Notes: generated from the letters alone by a model not told the origin. 63,357 bases of DNA, filler included, from Olpidium bornovanus S191 (GCA_017911155.1; 27 parts of 27 records of this genome joined end to end with filler, not necessarily neighbours in it); one strand, 5' to 3'; counted from the whole stretch's first letter, positions 1-14,400 are shown. Program-made: numbers and translations.

Positions 1-518
1 CCCGCCTTCCCCTGAGCCCTCCCCTTCCCTCTTTCAAGGGGGCCAATCACCGTCTGTCCCTTTCAGAAGTTGTCTGACCAGGTGTTAAACTTCCTCCCTG
101 CCATTCCCTGTTGGTTGCATGATTACGAACGGTGATCTGGCAGGTTAAACGACGCCGTTGATGCAGTGCGTTCAGGTTTGGCAGGGGTTTCAGGTTAAAC
201 AACGCCTTTCCCCGGCAGTGCGTTTAGCCCCATACGCTCTGCTGCACAGGCTCGCGGGGAAGTTTTGGCTAGCCCCGCCGACACCCCCGCCCCCCCCCTT
301 CGCCCAATCTTGGCTGCCCTCACACTCCGCATCTAGCTGGGCCGGCCGCCCCCGCGCCGGTCACTCCGTGGGAACTGGTGGCCCGTCTCCGCAAGCCCGG
401 CCTCCGCGTCACCTTGGCCGCCGCCACCACGAGGGCTTTTTGCGCGGCTGCCGGCGCGTTCGCGAGAGGACGGAAGTCTTCGCCACCGCGGCCTTTGGCT
501 TGCTTCCACGCGGCCTCG

Positions 519-2351
519 ATGGCGACCGCGCTCAGGAGACGCAGCGTGCGGCTCGCAGGACTTCGCGAGGGCCACGGCGGTCGGTCCGCAGCCCTTGTCA
601 CGGAAGCCAAACGGGTCGAGGTGACGAGCGCGGTGGAGCCTGCCGGCGACGGCATCGTCCCGCAAGCTGTCGCACCGCGCCGCAACCGCCAAGTATCGGA
701 AAATTCGTTTGCCGTCGCGGGCCCGGCCGTCCATGAAAGTGCAGAAGCCGTTGACGACGTCGAAGGAAGCGGGCCGCGTGCAACGGCGCGGACGCGGCGG
801 AAGCGTGCGAGCAAGTTAGCGGAGGCTGCGCCAGAAAAGGGCGTGGAGGAAGTCAGCGGCGAAAAAGGCGGTTCTCTGACCGAAGACCATTCGCATAACA
901 TGAAGACGCTGACAACTGCGGTCGACGATGGGACACCAGTTGAGCACCAGCGGAAACGGCGCGCGTGCGGCCAGAAATCGACCGCAGTGATTTCTACGCG
1001 GGAGACCAAGAAACGGAGTCTCCTGAAGAGAACGGCGGACGGCGATCTGATCCTGCCGACTATCGGAGAAGTGGAGTTACTGTGGGCCAGGGCACGGGCC
1101 AGTGGCAAATACGTTGGCGCGCATGTCAGCGCCGCGAATGGGATATTTCAGGCTGTTGTTAACGCCGTCTCAATAAAGTAGGTTGCCGTCCCGCTTTGGT
1201 ACCATTTGGATTAGAAACGTCGCCAGCTTGTCCTCGGCTGACGCATTTAAGGCCGTCCCAGCGGCAGTGCGTTTGCCCTATTTCTTCGGCCGCAGCAGCA
1301 ATGGGCAGCCCCTCCTTTGCTAGGCGAAACCGTTGAGGCTTTTAAGAAACTTTGCGACCTGGCGAAGTTTGATCCCAGTGCCCACATATTACCTCACGGT
1401 TCGTACCTCGTCAATTTGGCCAACTCGGATGCCGATAGAATGGAAAAGGCTTTTGAAGCCTTCCACGACGATTTCGTACGTTGCGAAAGGCTGGGAATCC
1501 TTCTCTACAACTTCCAGTAGGTACATATAAAGTGCCGGCAATGTTTGCTTTTGACGCGCCAGTTATGTTCAGCGCCAAGCCCCGTCGGCCGGCCGCCGCC
1601 CCTCGCATCTCACTCGAATTCGTTCAGCCCGGGCAGCGCAGTCGACGGCGACATCCCGGCGGCCATCGCGCGGATCGCCGCCGCCATCAACCGCGTCCAC
1701 TCGCTGACTTCGCGCACCGTGGCCGTCCTGGAAAATTCCGCCGGCCAGGGTAATTCTGTCGGTTCCACGTTCGAGGAGCTAGCCGCCATCATCGACCTTG
1801 TCGAGGACAAAGGACGCGTCGGCGTGTGCTTGGACACTGCGCACATGTGGGGCGCAGGTGGGTCTGAGCTCCGTCTTTTGGCAGCTGCAAAAGGGTGGAT
1901 AGTAATAGGGCGAATAAGAGGAGGCCGCGAGAAAACGTCGCACTAAACTGTCACCTATCGCAGGGTACGATATCTCTACAAAAGAAGGTTATGACACCGT
2001 CATGTCCCTCTTTGACAATCACGTCGGTTTTCGGTACCTCCGAGCAATGCATTTGTAAGTGTAAACTTTCTTTGTCCTCTTTAGTGTAACAGTCGGGCTC
2101 CCCGGCCTGGACAGGGCTGATCAGGCTCTTGACCTTTACAGAAACGACTCGAAGGCGGACTTGAATTCGCGAAAGGATCGTCACCACAACATCGGCAAGG
2201 GCAAGATCGGGCTCGACGCGTTCCGGTGCATCATGAACGACAAGAGGATGAACGGCCTGCCCCTCGTGCTCGAAACGGCGTGCCCACCGGAGGAGAACGG
2301 CAGGATATGGAAGGAGGAGGTGGACCTGTTGTATTCACTTATCGAGGATTC
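519..2351 (+). CDS. APN1: AP endonuclease, endonuclease IV family; spliced, 3' partial
   Basis: Exons splice in frame: GKYVGAHVSAANG...VSIN | GSAFALFLRPQQQW...HILPHGSYLVNLAN...YNFH | PGS...VLENSAGQG...GVCLDTAHMWGAG | YDIS...LRAMHL | NDSK...DRHHNIGKG...LPLVLET. First intron 1178-1261 is GT-AG with a GCTGAC branch point. The EndoIV zinc-ligand motifs are present. Confidence 0.95.
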
Positions 2352-2930
2352 NNNNNNNNNNNNNNNNNNNNNNNNNNNNNNNNNNNNNNNNNNNNTTAAT
2401 TAATTAANNNNNNNNNNNNNNNNNNNNNNNNNNNNNNNNNNNNNNNNNNNNCATGCATTTTGGGGTGTGTTCTTTGGATGGAGAGCACAGGCCTGCATTC
2501 GTTAGAACATCCCAAAAACAAAAGGCGGAGCAAGGAAACAGAATGTAGAGACCGGGGAAAAAGATGATGGAAAAAATTATCACCGGTTCCAGTCTAGGAA
2601 AATAATCTTCGAAAGTCCGAAAGGTGCCAAAGCTACAAAAAATTTCCCTCTTGAAACGTATCGGAGCCGCACCCGCCATTTGCGTCGCCGCCGGCGATTA
2701 CGAGCAATCCCAAACAAAAAAGAGGGGGAAAGAAACCATTAGAGTCAAAAAAATGAAGAAAGGACTAGATCGCAGAAAAAAGTTATTTCTATTGGAAAGA
2801 ACAAAGAGAATCCGGGGGAGGTTGGGGAATAGGCGAAGGCTGACGAGGTAAACTTGGAGCCTGGTACTCAGACACGTCCACTGACTTGGACAACAGAATG
2901 AGAACTTTCCGTCGACCGGCGGCCGCGCCA

Positions 2931-4348
<1,418 letters not shown>

Positions 4349-4593
4349 NNNNNNNNNNNNNNNNNNNNNNNNNNNNNNNNNNNNNNNNNNNNTTAATTAA
4401 TTAANNNNNNNNNNNNNNNNNNNNNNNNNNNNNNNNNNNNNNNNNNNNGGCGAGCTCGTCGCGGCAAGCAAAGCCGGAGAGCGCCGTTGGCGCAACGGCC
4501 GGCCGGACGGAAGGGTCGGGCGGAGGAGGAACAATCAAGGACCCCCTCCCCGCGCGCCTCTTCCCGGTCTCGGCCCCGCTTTGACCCCCCACG

Positions 4594-4626
<33 letters not shown>

Positions 4627-5104
4627 AAGAAACGCGAAACAGAACCAAACTCTTTTCCCTCTGCATTTACACGGGCTTGGGACCGTCCTGGGCTCAGAAG
4701 AGAGCACCAGGGCTGCATTAAAAAAAGATGGTTGCGCCTCAGATCAGATAATTTGATCCGACTTTCCCCCATCATCGGCGACTTTATGCTAACGCCGCGC
4801 CCCTGGCCTGGGCGCGGCGAAAGCGGGGAAAGGGATTTTCACCCAGGGGCCGACCGGGCTGCGGCGGCCGACCCCGGGCCCTCACGTAAGCGAGGTAAGC
4901 CGTTCTCCGCCCGAACTCGCGTGCCAACCAAAAAACCAAAAGCACGCCCACGCGGTTCGGACGGCGACCTGCACCCCAACAGTGCTGGGCCGAATGTTTT
5001 GATTACCACCGGAACCCTCACCTCGTCCTGACCTCCGGTGTCGCGCCGCCGTGGAGTCTGTCGTATTCTGTAAAAAGAGCGAGCGAAACCAAAAAAAAAA
5101 AAAA

Positions 5105-5330
5105 CACAGAACAAGAAGGGGCGGGGGGGGGGAGGGAAGGAGGGGGCACATATCTTTTTGTCTTTTTACAATTTTCTAATTTTTTTGGTTTTTTTTCTTG
5201 AGAAAAAGAACGAAAGCACAGAACAAGGAACAGTGGGCACATATCTTTTTGTGTTTTTGTAATTTTTCTAATTTTTTTTTTGGTTTTCTTTTTTTCATAA
5301 AAAAGAACAACGAAACACACAGAAAATGCA
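5105..5330. repeat. Degenerate tandem duplication, about 91-bp period
   Basis: GGGCACATATCTTTTTGT...AATTTTCTAATTTTTTT...AAAAAGAAC...CACAGAA starts at 5144 and again at 5235. Confidence 0.8.
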
Positions 5331-5574
5331 GTAAGGGGCGGGGGAAGAGGGGGGCACTGAAAAATGGTTAGCGTGGCTCACCCATCCATGGCGGACTTGA
5401 TGAACTTCGGCGAACTTGGCGACCGAGCTTGGCAAGTCTCGGACTCCGGCGACACGACACCGAAGGTCAGGAACGAGGATCGGGAAGGGGTGAGGAAAAA
5501 AAAAAAAAAAGAACGGGGCGTCAACGCCTTTTATACCCGCGGGGGCGGGGGGGGGGGGGGGGGGGGGGGGGGGG

Positions 5575-5607
<33 letters not shown>

Positions 5608-5620
5608 CGGGGGGGGGGGG

Positions 5621-5653
<33 letters not shown>

Positions 5654-5953
5654 AACGGGCGGGAACGGGCGGGACCAATGGCGGGCGGGCGGCGGGACCA
5701 ATGGCGGAGCTCATTCCCGCCGCATGAACGCGCATGACGTGAGCGTGATAATCTGACAACCGGGGTGGCCCCGGCGGCCCAGCCGAAACGGCGCCGCCGC
5801 GCGCGTGCGAAAAACCAACCACTCGTTCAGGACGGCCGGCCCGCGCGTTTGACNNNNNNNNNNNNNNNNNNNNNNNNNNNNNNNNNNNNNNNNNNNNTTA
5901 ATTAATTAANNNNNNNNNNNNNNNNNNNNNNNNNNNNNNNNNNNNNNNNNNNN

Positions 5954-6180
5954 CGCTAACTTCCGGTCGATATCGTACAGTACGGCCAGTTGGTCGGCGC
6001 CGCCATTGGCCACGTCGTCAAAATTATATCGGCCGTTCAAGGATGCCACCAAGTGATAGTGCACGCGCCCCATGTCTGCATTTTTTAGGAGCCCGTAGTC
6101 GACGATGAATAACGGGATCGACGAACCCCACGATTTTTCCGCACGCACGAAAACACCGGCCCAAACGAGAGCGTCCAATC
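5954..6180 (-). CDS. Probable exon of an unidentified protein
   Basis: Non-repetitive frame LDALVWAGVFVRAEKSWGSSIPLFIVDYGLLKNADMGRVHYHL... follows a possible CAG acceptor and is open to the contig edge. No family recognised. Confidence 0.35.
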
Positions 6181-7454
6181 TGACCGGCTGAGGGACCGTG
6201 GGTTGAGCAGACCCATCGACTGGCCTCTCGAATGCACGATGGCAGCGCAAAGGCGTCAAAGGCTCTTTGTGTCATAGATGGACATATCGAAGTTGTGATC
6301 GGATGAACATGCAGCTGTCTGCCGGTTGATGCTCCGTGGTGTACCACGCGTTATGGCGTGCCGAGCTTAATCACGGCAGGCCGCTCGATATCCAAAGGCT
6401 GTTCCCGGTGGGCCGCCCACATCTGCCTTCCGCTCACGATTTTCGCGGGAAAGCCGGCGTGGAGTGGCCCACACGCTTCTACCTGACGACAGACCCACAA
6501 GATTCACTTGCCGGCCAACGTGTCCCGACGAAGACTGGGATCTTCGGCGGAAGAGGCCGCAGAGAAGCAGTGTCCGCAAGCCGCCATCCCCCCCTCCCCC
6601 GGGTGCTCGTAGGCCGACCGACAAAAAGCTGGTGACATTCCTTTTGGATGATCAGTGGAGCATTGTCACCTCGCCTCAGACCCAAATGTATGTAGCAGGA
6701 AAATGATCTTTGTAACCCGATGGCGCACTGCAGCGCCAGTTGATATACGCCGCTCACCTGTGTGCGGCTTCGGCCATTCAAGGTTGTTTTCTGCGATGGC
6801 GTCGGCGAAGCAGATGTTGCTCACATCTCCGCGCCTCGCCCCCCACGTCGTCGCCCGTTCCTGAATGACCACCGAGAGTCGCGAGAGCCGGTCCCTTTAA
6901 CGACGGCGGCGCCTGCGTTTCGCTGCTTGAGAGGGTGACGGACCCCCACATTATTGGCCCATAGCGCCGCCTCAATCGGGGCCGCGGGGCGGTTGGTTGG
7001 TCGGGGGGAGGGAAAGCACCCGCTCATTCAGCTCAGGCGCGGAAAAATCAGCCCGCAGACCGCACGCCTGCCCCCCCCCCTCCTCTCGCGCCTTCCGGCC
7101 CAGGACGCTCTTTTCTGCCGGAAAAACTCAGCCAAAACGACAGCGGTCGCGCTCGAACCATGAGCCACAGTCGCCAAGGCCTGCCGCTTTGGAACCCCGC
7201 CGGAGCCGCGGAGACGGCGGCCCCGGACGGTGCCGCGTTGCTGCCAGGTGCGCCGCCGGCATGTTCCGGACCCCGGCGCGGGGGAAGGAAGTGGGGGAAG
7301 GGAAGGAAGAGGGGAGGAAACGCTTATGCGGAGGTTACCAATGCGCCGACATGCTCTCTGTTGGGGGGAAGAGGACAGTGACTTGCTTCAAAGCTCATAC
7401 CGGCGCGGGAGGCGCGGTCGCGTTGCTGTTCGATGCTTCCCACGCGTTCACTAG

Positions 7455-8516
7455 GAAAACTGAAACGTCCGGCCACAACGGTTTTGACCGGGAATCCGGC
7501 GAAGCGCCAAACCGTGGCCCTGGACGTTAGCGAACCCGAAGTCACGGAGGCGGCATCACTGTTCTACCACCTCCGCACCAACCAGCCGAAGCCAGGCGGC
7601 GCCAAGATCGCCACGAACGACCAGAGTGCGTGCTGCTGACGTGACCGTTGTGGGTGTAGACAATTGCGCGCGACCACGAGGGGGGGAGAGGTGGGGGGGT
7701 TGGTTTTCGGGTGTTGGGTAACGGTTGACGTCTTCTTTTGCCCTCTTTGGCGAACGCCCCAGTCCTCCACGCGCTCACCGACGATCCCAGCGTTCTGCCG
7801 CACGATGTATTCACGCGTCTCCTGCTGCACCCCCGCCAAAATTTTTTGGGCGTCAACGAGAAGATCACCTTCGGCTTAAAACGGCTGGCGGAGACGGCAC
7901 CCGAGAAGTTGCGGAACGAAGAACATACGAACGTGAGGGGTGGCGGCTGCCGCGGCACGAGTCGACCGCGGTGTTCCAATTCTCAACGCAGAGCGCCCCC
8001 TCCCCCCTGCCGGGCGTGACTCTGACAAATGTACGTCCAGCTGTTGATTTCATGGCTGCACGCAGACCCATCGCGCACCACGCTCGAGAAGAAGAAGGAC
8101 GGGAAAAAACTCGCGCGGTTTGGCGCCAGTCTTCTGTATCACGTGTACGAAGACAGCAGGGAGAGCTGGCCGGCGGACCTCATCGGGGTGAGTACGACGA
8201 TCCCACGTCTGCAGTGACTTTGTTCTGGCGAGCTGCTGAAATATCTCGGGATCTCAGGTACATATGGAAGACCTCATGTGCCACAAGGTATGGGTGGAAG
8301 CAGAGGAGGCGCGGCCCCTCGTCTGGAACATCGAGACGGCTTACCCGGGAAACGAAGCTGTGGTGAGTGTGCATACTCTCTCGTGGGAGTCTTTCGTAGC
8401 GGCTGTGAGTGACAAGAGAGTTGACCTTTATCTTGAAGTACCGGGAACTTGCAGAAGAGGAAATCGCTGAAGGATCGCTGAAGTATGCTGGCCGATGCCT
8501 GTCTAAGGGCGTGGAG
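7455..8516 (+). CDS. INTS1: Integrator complex subunit 1 (INTS1)-like, N-terminal exons, partial
   Basis: Spliced exons (including 8041-8187 and 8258-8362) give GASLLYHVYEDSRESWPADLIGVHMEDLMCHKVWVEAEEARPLVWNIETAY. This is colinear with recalled animal INTS1 ACNLLMAAYEEDENWPEIFVKVYIEDSLGERIWVDSPHCKTFVDNIQTAF, and upstream LKRLAETAPEKL aligns with LMYLAKIKPNIF. Confidence 0.72.
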
Positions 8517-10347
8517 GTGGCGAGCTCGCCTAACTGTCGTTCTTTGACTCTAGGTGGTCAGCAACGAACCGTCCTATANNNNNNNNNNNNNNNNNNNNNN
8601 NNNNNNNNNNNNNNNNNNNNNNTTAATTAATTAANNNNNNNNNNNNNNNNNNNNNNNNNNNNNNNNNNNNNNNNNNNNGTAAACTCTGAATGTTTTATCT
8701 CTTTCGTCCGTATTGTTCAAACAACCTCTGCGCCGACGGCACCTGGTGTATACTACGTTACGTCATTAGCGACCGGCACGCCATTAAGAACAAGGCATGC
8801 TGTCGAGGTAAACGTAGTATCTATTCGGGAACTTTCGGATATCTTTTTTTTGTGAGTTCGGACGCACCGGGGCAAGGACGTAAACGCTCCGGCTTTTTTG
8901 CCGGGGAGGTGTTTCGTCGTCGATGATCGCGTTGACAACTCGACCTTCTGGGCTCTAAGCCTGGGGCAGCAAAAAAAAAAAAAAAAAAAAAAACGCTTTT
9001 TTTCGGAAACTGTCTCTTGTGTTGTTTTGGTTCCTCGCGCGGCTCGGTGCTGCGCTAATTTACGGCGCTTTCAGCGAACGGCCGAATGAGATGACCGAGA
9101 AAGATTAGAAGCAAGCGAACTACGCACCTCCGGTAATATAATAAGCGGTACGGAATGGAAAATGGGTGGATGATCCCCTTAAATCGTCCTTGGCGCCCGT
9201 TGCGCGACGTTGCTGCCGCATTTTAACCTGGAAGCGATTCGAAGGGTGTTTGGTCGAAGGGGGAAAGAAAAAAGTGGAAGCGCGCGAGCATTGCATGCGG
9301 AGATGCGTCCCGGTGAGCCAAAAACGCGATGCTACATACAGCGGCAGTTTCCTGACGTACTACAGCGGTCTCTTGTTCGACCTGTCAGGCGGGGACCTAA
9401 CTCTTTTTAGGAAGATCGAGTAGTTGACGAACCCGCGACGCATGTCAATCATTTGAGTTACTTTCCAATGCCTAGTGCGCGGAAACGACTTGTCAAAGAG
9501 ATCGGCACAGGTGTCAGGTTTTTGACATAAATGGCCTTTCCAATTATTTTCTGACAAGTTATTTGGTGCAATGCGCATTCTCCACTGCGGTTTGACCCAC
9601 CGTTTACGGGTTAGAAATCTCTTCCAGGATCGGTCGTTGGAACTGCAGCGGGACCGGAAGTAACGTTGCGGCGCGTCTCCTGCGGTGCGGTTTGTAGGGG
9701 CGGCGCGTATGTTTGCCGGTCTTTGTTGAAAAAATGCCAGTAGCGTCGTCAGATACTACTTTAAGGCCCGCAGAAGCGCTCTGTCAGAAAGTTTGCTGGT
9801 AAGCAGTTCGTGGAATGAACGAGTTTCTAAAGAGGAAGTACGAAAAGAAACAAATGCAGCAGCAGGAGTGTAGTGGCGTGAGTGCAGAATGCCGCGAGGC
9901 TCCTTCCTGGGGAATGGGACTCTTCAGGGTCAGTCGCGCGATAAGCCGTTTGATGAAAGAAACCGAGATGGAAAACAGAAAAGCAACTGCCCTCTTGCGA
10001 ATGCGTCGGCGCGGGCTCCAGAAAGTTTTGGAAGAATGCCGCGAAACTGTTGGGGTTGGAGTCGGGGTCGGCGAGGGGTGGAAGGGGGGGGGGGGGGGGG
10101 GGGGAAGGGGGGGGGGGGGCGGGCGGGAAGGGCTGGGGCGGCTCACGGTCACGCTCACATACGATGTCGCCACATACACCGATTACAAAAAAGGAAGAAA
10201 AAAAAGGCGTGTGGGGGGAAAGGAATCAAAAGAAAGACATCGACTAANNNNNNNNNNNNNNNNNNNNNNNNNNNNNNNNNNNNNNNNNNNNTTAATTAAT
10301 TAANNNNNNNNNNNNNNNNNNNNNNNNNNNNNNNNNNNNNNNNNNNN

Positions 10348-10629
10348 CATGCTGGTTAGTATTTCGGGCCAGGGGAACGTTCGCCTTTCGGCCTTTCTGT
10401 CTGCCTGGCTGCGTGCAAAGCTAACCTGCGAGCATCGTATCCGCTTCAAGTCGACTGGTACACCGGGAGGGCCCTTTTGTATGAGAATGTCGATGAGTTG
10501 TACGACGGCGAGGACGACGAAGACGCGTTCGGAGGCGATGATGATGATGATGATAATGAGGAGGAGGAAAGCGATGATGACGGTGAAGAAGACGAAGAGG
10601 TTGGCAGTAATAAAGCAGGCAAGATATAG
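10348..10629 (+). CDS. NAP1: Nucleosome assembly protein 1, last exon(s), 5' partial
   Basis: HA | intron 10355-10450 (GTTAGT...GCTAAC...AG) | VDWYTGRALLYE followed by an acidic tail and TAG at 10627-10629. Matches the NAP1 C-terminal AVDWFTGxAL motif. Confidence 0.85.
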
Positions 10630-11307
10630 GAAAATGATGTAGTGCCGCTTCCAAAAGCTCTTAATGTATATGTTTTTTCTTGTTCCCGATTTCCTCCCAT
10701 CGCCCTTTTCCTATGATCGCCGCGCTCAACGCAGGCCGCTTTGAAGGATGAAAAGCCGCCGGAGTGTAAATAGTAGTTATTTCTCGTACAGCGTCTCCTG
10801 ATTCTTAAAATCACAACGCCGTCTGACCAGTTGATTTGATCGATCGGAGGAGTCTCTCTGGGAGACAAACCCGGCGTCCCCGCTCGATGCGGCCCTGCCC
10901 ACCAATAAAAAAAAAAAAAACGAAACCGAGGCAAGCCTCCGGACGGATTTTTTTTGGTCGATGTCCCCTTCTGGACCGAGCACCGCGCCACACGTCCCCC
11001 GGGGCGTTGCGCGAGCGTCTCTCGAACGAGTAGAAAAATAAAAAAAAATTATGAGGATATCACGGAACAAAGGTGGGGGAGTGGAATGGGTCTGTCACGC
11101 GCGCGCGGGCGGTAGGCAGAGAGAGAAAATGTGTGCGCATTTCCAGGGCGCGCTTCTCCCCCCCCTCCTTTTTCCCACGCTGCCCCCCCGCCCTCTCCCG
11201 CCCCCCGGGTTTTCTCCCCTTCCCGCTCTCCCCCGCCCGAATTGGAGAGGAAAAACGCTCGCTCTCTCTGTCTCTCTCTTCGCTCGCTCGCTCGCCCTCT
11301 GTGCACG

Positions 11308-11369
11308 ATGTATCCGCCCCTGGCTGACGCCCTGGCCCAGCCGCCGCCTGCCGACGACGCCCCGGCCCA

Positions 11370-11405
<36 letters not shown>

Positions 11406-11409
11406 GGAG

Positions 11410-11445
<36 letters not shown>

Positions 11446-14400
11446 GTCCACAAGGCGGACGAGCGCAGGCCGGCCGCGATCACGGAGGAGGAGGATGTGG
11501 AGGAGGAGGATCAGCTGCTGCTGCAGCGGCGCGACGGGAGCCGGGAGCAGGAGGAGCACGGCGGCGCGGAACTGACGGGAGCCGCCGGCGCCGTTTGCGG
11601 TCAACCGAGCGGGGCGCGGGGGCAGCAGCCGCGCTCGCGAAGACCGCTGCTGCAGCCCCAGACCACCACGACCGCCACGACGGCGGCCGCCAGCGCGCCG
11701 CCGTCGGCGGGCGACCTGCAGGCCTGCGCTTCTGCGGGGTCGGCTTCGAGCAGGGACGGCGGCGGCTCTCCGAGGTGGGCGCTTTTAAAGAAGGAAGAGG
11801 AGGAGGAGTCCCTGTTGGCTTCCGCGCTGGAAACGACGGTCCTTCCGAAGGACAAGGTCAAGCTGCTCTACTCCAAAAGCAAGGTCTATGTGCACCCGTC
11901 GAGCGATCCTGACGCGAACATCGCCGGCTACTTCTCCCTCGTGGAAAGGGTACGGGGGGCGGGAAGGGAGGGGGGAGGGGAGGGGGGGAGGGGTGCCCCC
12001 GAGCTTGCTGGGCGCGAAGCGCGGCTGTTCGCGCCACCCCGCGCCGGAAAAGGAACGCGGCGCGAAAGTGCCTGAAGTCCTGCTCCGCGCCCTTTTCCCC
12101 GACTCGTAAAAAGGGGCAGAACGACTACCTCCTCGCTTGGACGCCGGAGGCGCTCGTTCCGTTCTGCGACCGTGAAGCGTACGTGTACGTGGACTCAAAC
12201 CCGGACGGCTCGTTCAGCTTACTGGAACTGACCCCGTCTCAATCAGCGAAGAGAAAAGGTTGGTTTCTGTGTTCAGCGTACCCGTGGGGTCTGCGGCTGC
12301 GACGTTTTGGCGGCCCCTGAAGAACCATCGTGCTGGTCGTTGTCGGCGGTGACCGGAACGTGGTCGGCAGTTTGCGTCCTTTGAACAGAGATGCCCAGGT
12401 CTCCCGAGGGTTGCGTAAAGTTGCACTAATTGCGTCTCTTCCCAATTGTCGGGGCGGGGCGGGCAGACATACTCGTTTCGCTACCCGGATCGTCCACGGA
12501 CTCGCTATACGCGGTGTGCGTCTCCGTCTTTGACATCCACTCCATACGGGTCCAGCCGCCGTCGCTCTCGTCGTGGTACGGCTTCCTCATGGTCAATCTG
12601 CGGGAAGTTCGGCAGGACCCTGCGATGAACGCGCCGCTGCCGTTCTGGTTCCACGACGACGAGAGCAACAGCACTATGCAGGAAGGGTACGGCCGCTGGG
12701 GCGGCGACGAGGTGGCCATCCTCCTGGAGAAGTTAGCCGGCGGCGTTTGGTGAGCTGCCGTGGATTGTGTTTTCCGTGTCCGGGTGCGTTCGTATTTGCG
12801 CGCGAGTGCCTTTGAGTTTGGTGGTCGATTCCACCAATCCGGTGAAGACGGTCTTGCAGCTGACGCGGGTTTTTCCTATGTGGGACGTTCCGCGGTGTAC
12901 GTGAAGGTCATCTACCGAACACGGTCTGCTGTATCTCAACCACGCGAAGGGCGACGCACATGAGACTACCTCGGTGCCTCCAAACGATACCAGTGGTGCC
13001 CGCGGCGCGGAATCCAACGTCCCGAATTCTTTCCTGGGTTCCTCTTCGCAGGCCGCAGCCTTCATGCGCTCCGCATTGAATAATCTGCGCGGCGTTGCCA
13101 ACGGTAACACAGTTGAGGATCGATTAAAAGTCGATCCCCTGCTGGCTGCGATGAAGGAGGCGAAGTGGAATATATTGGAGAGGTTCAGCAAAGTAACTAA
13201 ATTTTCCAGGGACACCACTGGTACGACCACGCCTGTTTTTTGTTTCTCGGCTTATAAACCGGCGAGCGAGCCCGGAATCTGCACAGATATAGAAACTTTG
13301 TGAACTGCTTCTGTCCAAACAGCTCAAATTCTCGATCACCCTCTCGGTCGGCCTTTTGTGCCGTTCCTGCATCCGAAGATCGCCGCGCTCGCCGCCTCGG
13401 CACCCGCCCGGTCCGTTATGGACGACTTCGAGGGCGCGCGTTTGTATCTGGCGAAGTGGGCGGCGGGAGTGGCAGCGCGCGCGAAGAAAGAGCGGAAAAA
13501 GGAAGACGGAGCAGGCGGGATACTCGAGGAGGGGGAGGACGTCTGGGGTGAAACCACGACCGACGCTGCCGGGCTCGGGGTGTGGGAAGTGCTAAGTGTG
13601 AGTTTCCGGGTTGGCGTTCTGACATATCTTTGCAGTCACGATTATTACTGTCTTGCGTGTTTTAAACATATTTGCTGCCGGATGCCGCCATTTTCCTGAC
13701 AAAACCACTTGTTGCTTTCGGTCGTTCGCAGCTCGATGACGCTCTTCCGCCGCCTGAGTCGACGCGGACGTCGCGGCAGGTCAGCGCGGAAGAGTGGCTG
13801 TCCTTCTACGATCGCGAGGGACGGCTGACAAAAAGCGAGGCCGAAATTCGCGAGATGCTGTTCAGGGGCGGCGTGGAGAATGACATACGCCCTGACGTCT
13901 GGAAGTATTTTTTGGAATTTTGGCCGTGGACGGCCAATGAGGAGGAGAGGTTGAATATAAAAGCTGAGAAGACGTGAGCATGCTCCGTGATATCCGCGTT
14001 CGGAGCGTTCCTGCGCCCTGTTTGGCTCCCCCCACAGGCGTCGAATGGCATCCGCGTTATTAACTTTGCTTTATCTCGCCGCCGCGCACCGTCATTCAGT
14101 GCAGCGTATTTGGCATTGAAGGCCAAGTGGAAATCTCGGCCGCCGGCCGATCTGGAGGCCGACGAGTACTTCATTGAGCAGCGGCATCGAATCGAGAAAG
14201 ATGTTGTGCGAACCGACCGCACGGTCCCATTCTTTTCGGGATACGAGACGAGCCACGAGTTTGCCCACAACGCAGACGGACGGCCCGCGCGACAGACAGA
14301 ACAACCGGACAGCTCATCGGCGCTGCCGCCGCTCAACGGGAACCTGGTCGTGCTGAAGGAGATGTTGCTGACGTATAACTACCATAATGTTGACCTCGGT

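Noticed and set aside
2396-2407. TTAATTAATTAA repeated at intervals, resembling a CRISPR repeat or regulatory motif
   Set aside because: It is always centred in 44+44 Ns, so it is an assembly linker. ORFs ending in X...LIN are artefacts of it.
8679-10247. Several short ORFs and possible exons
   Set aside because: No recognisable family and no splice chain that I could verify.
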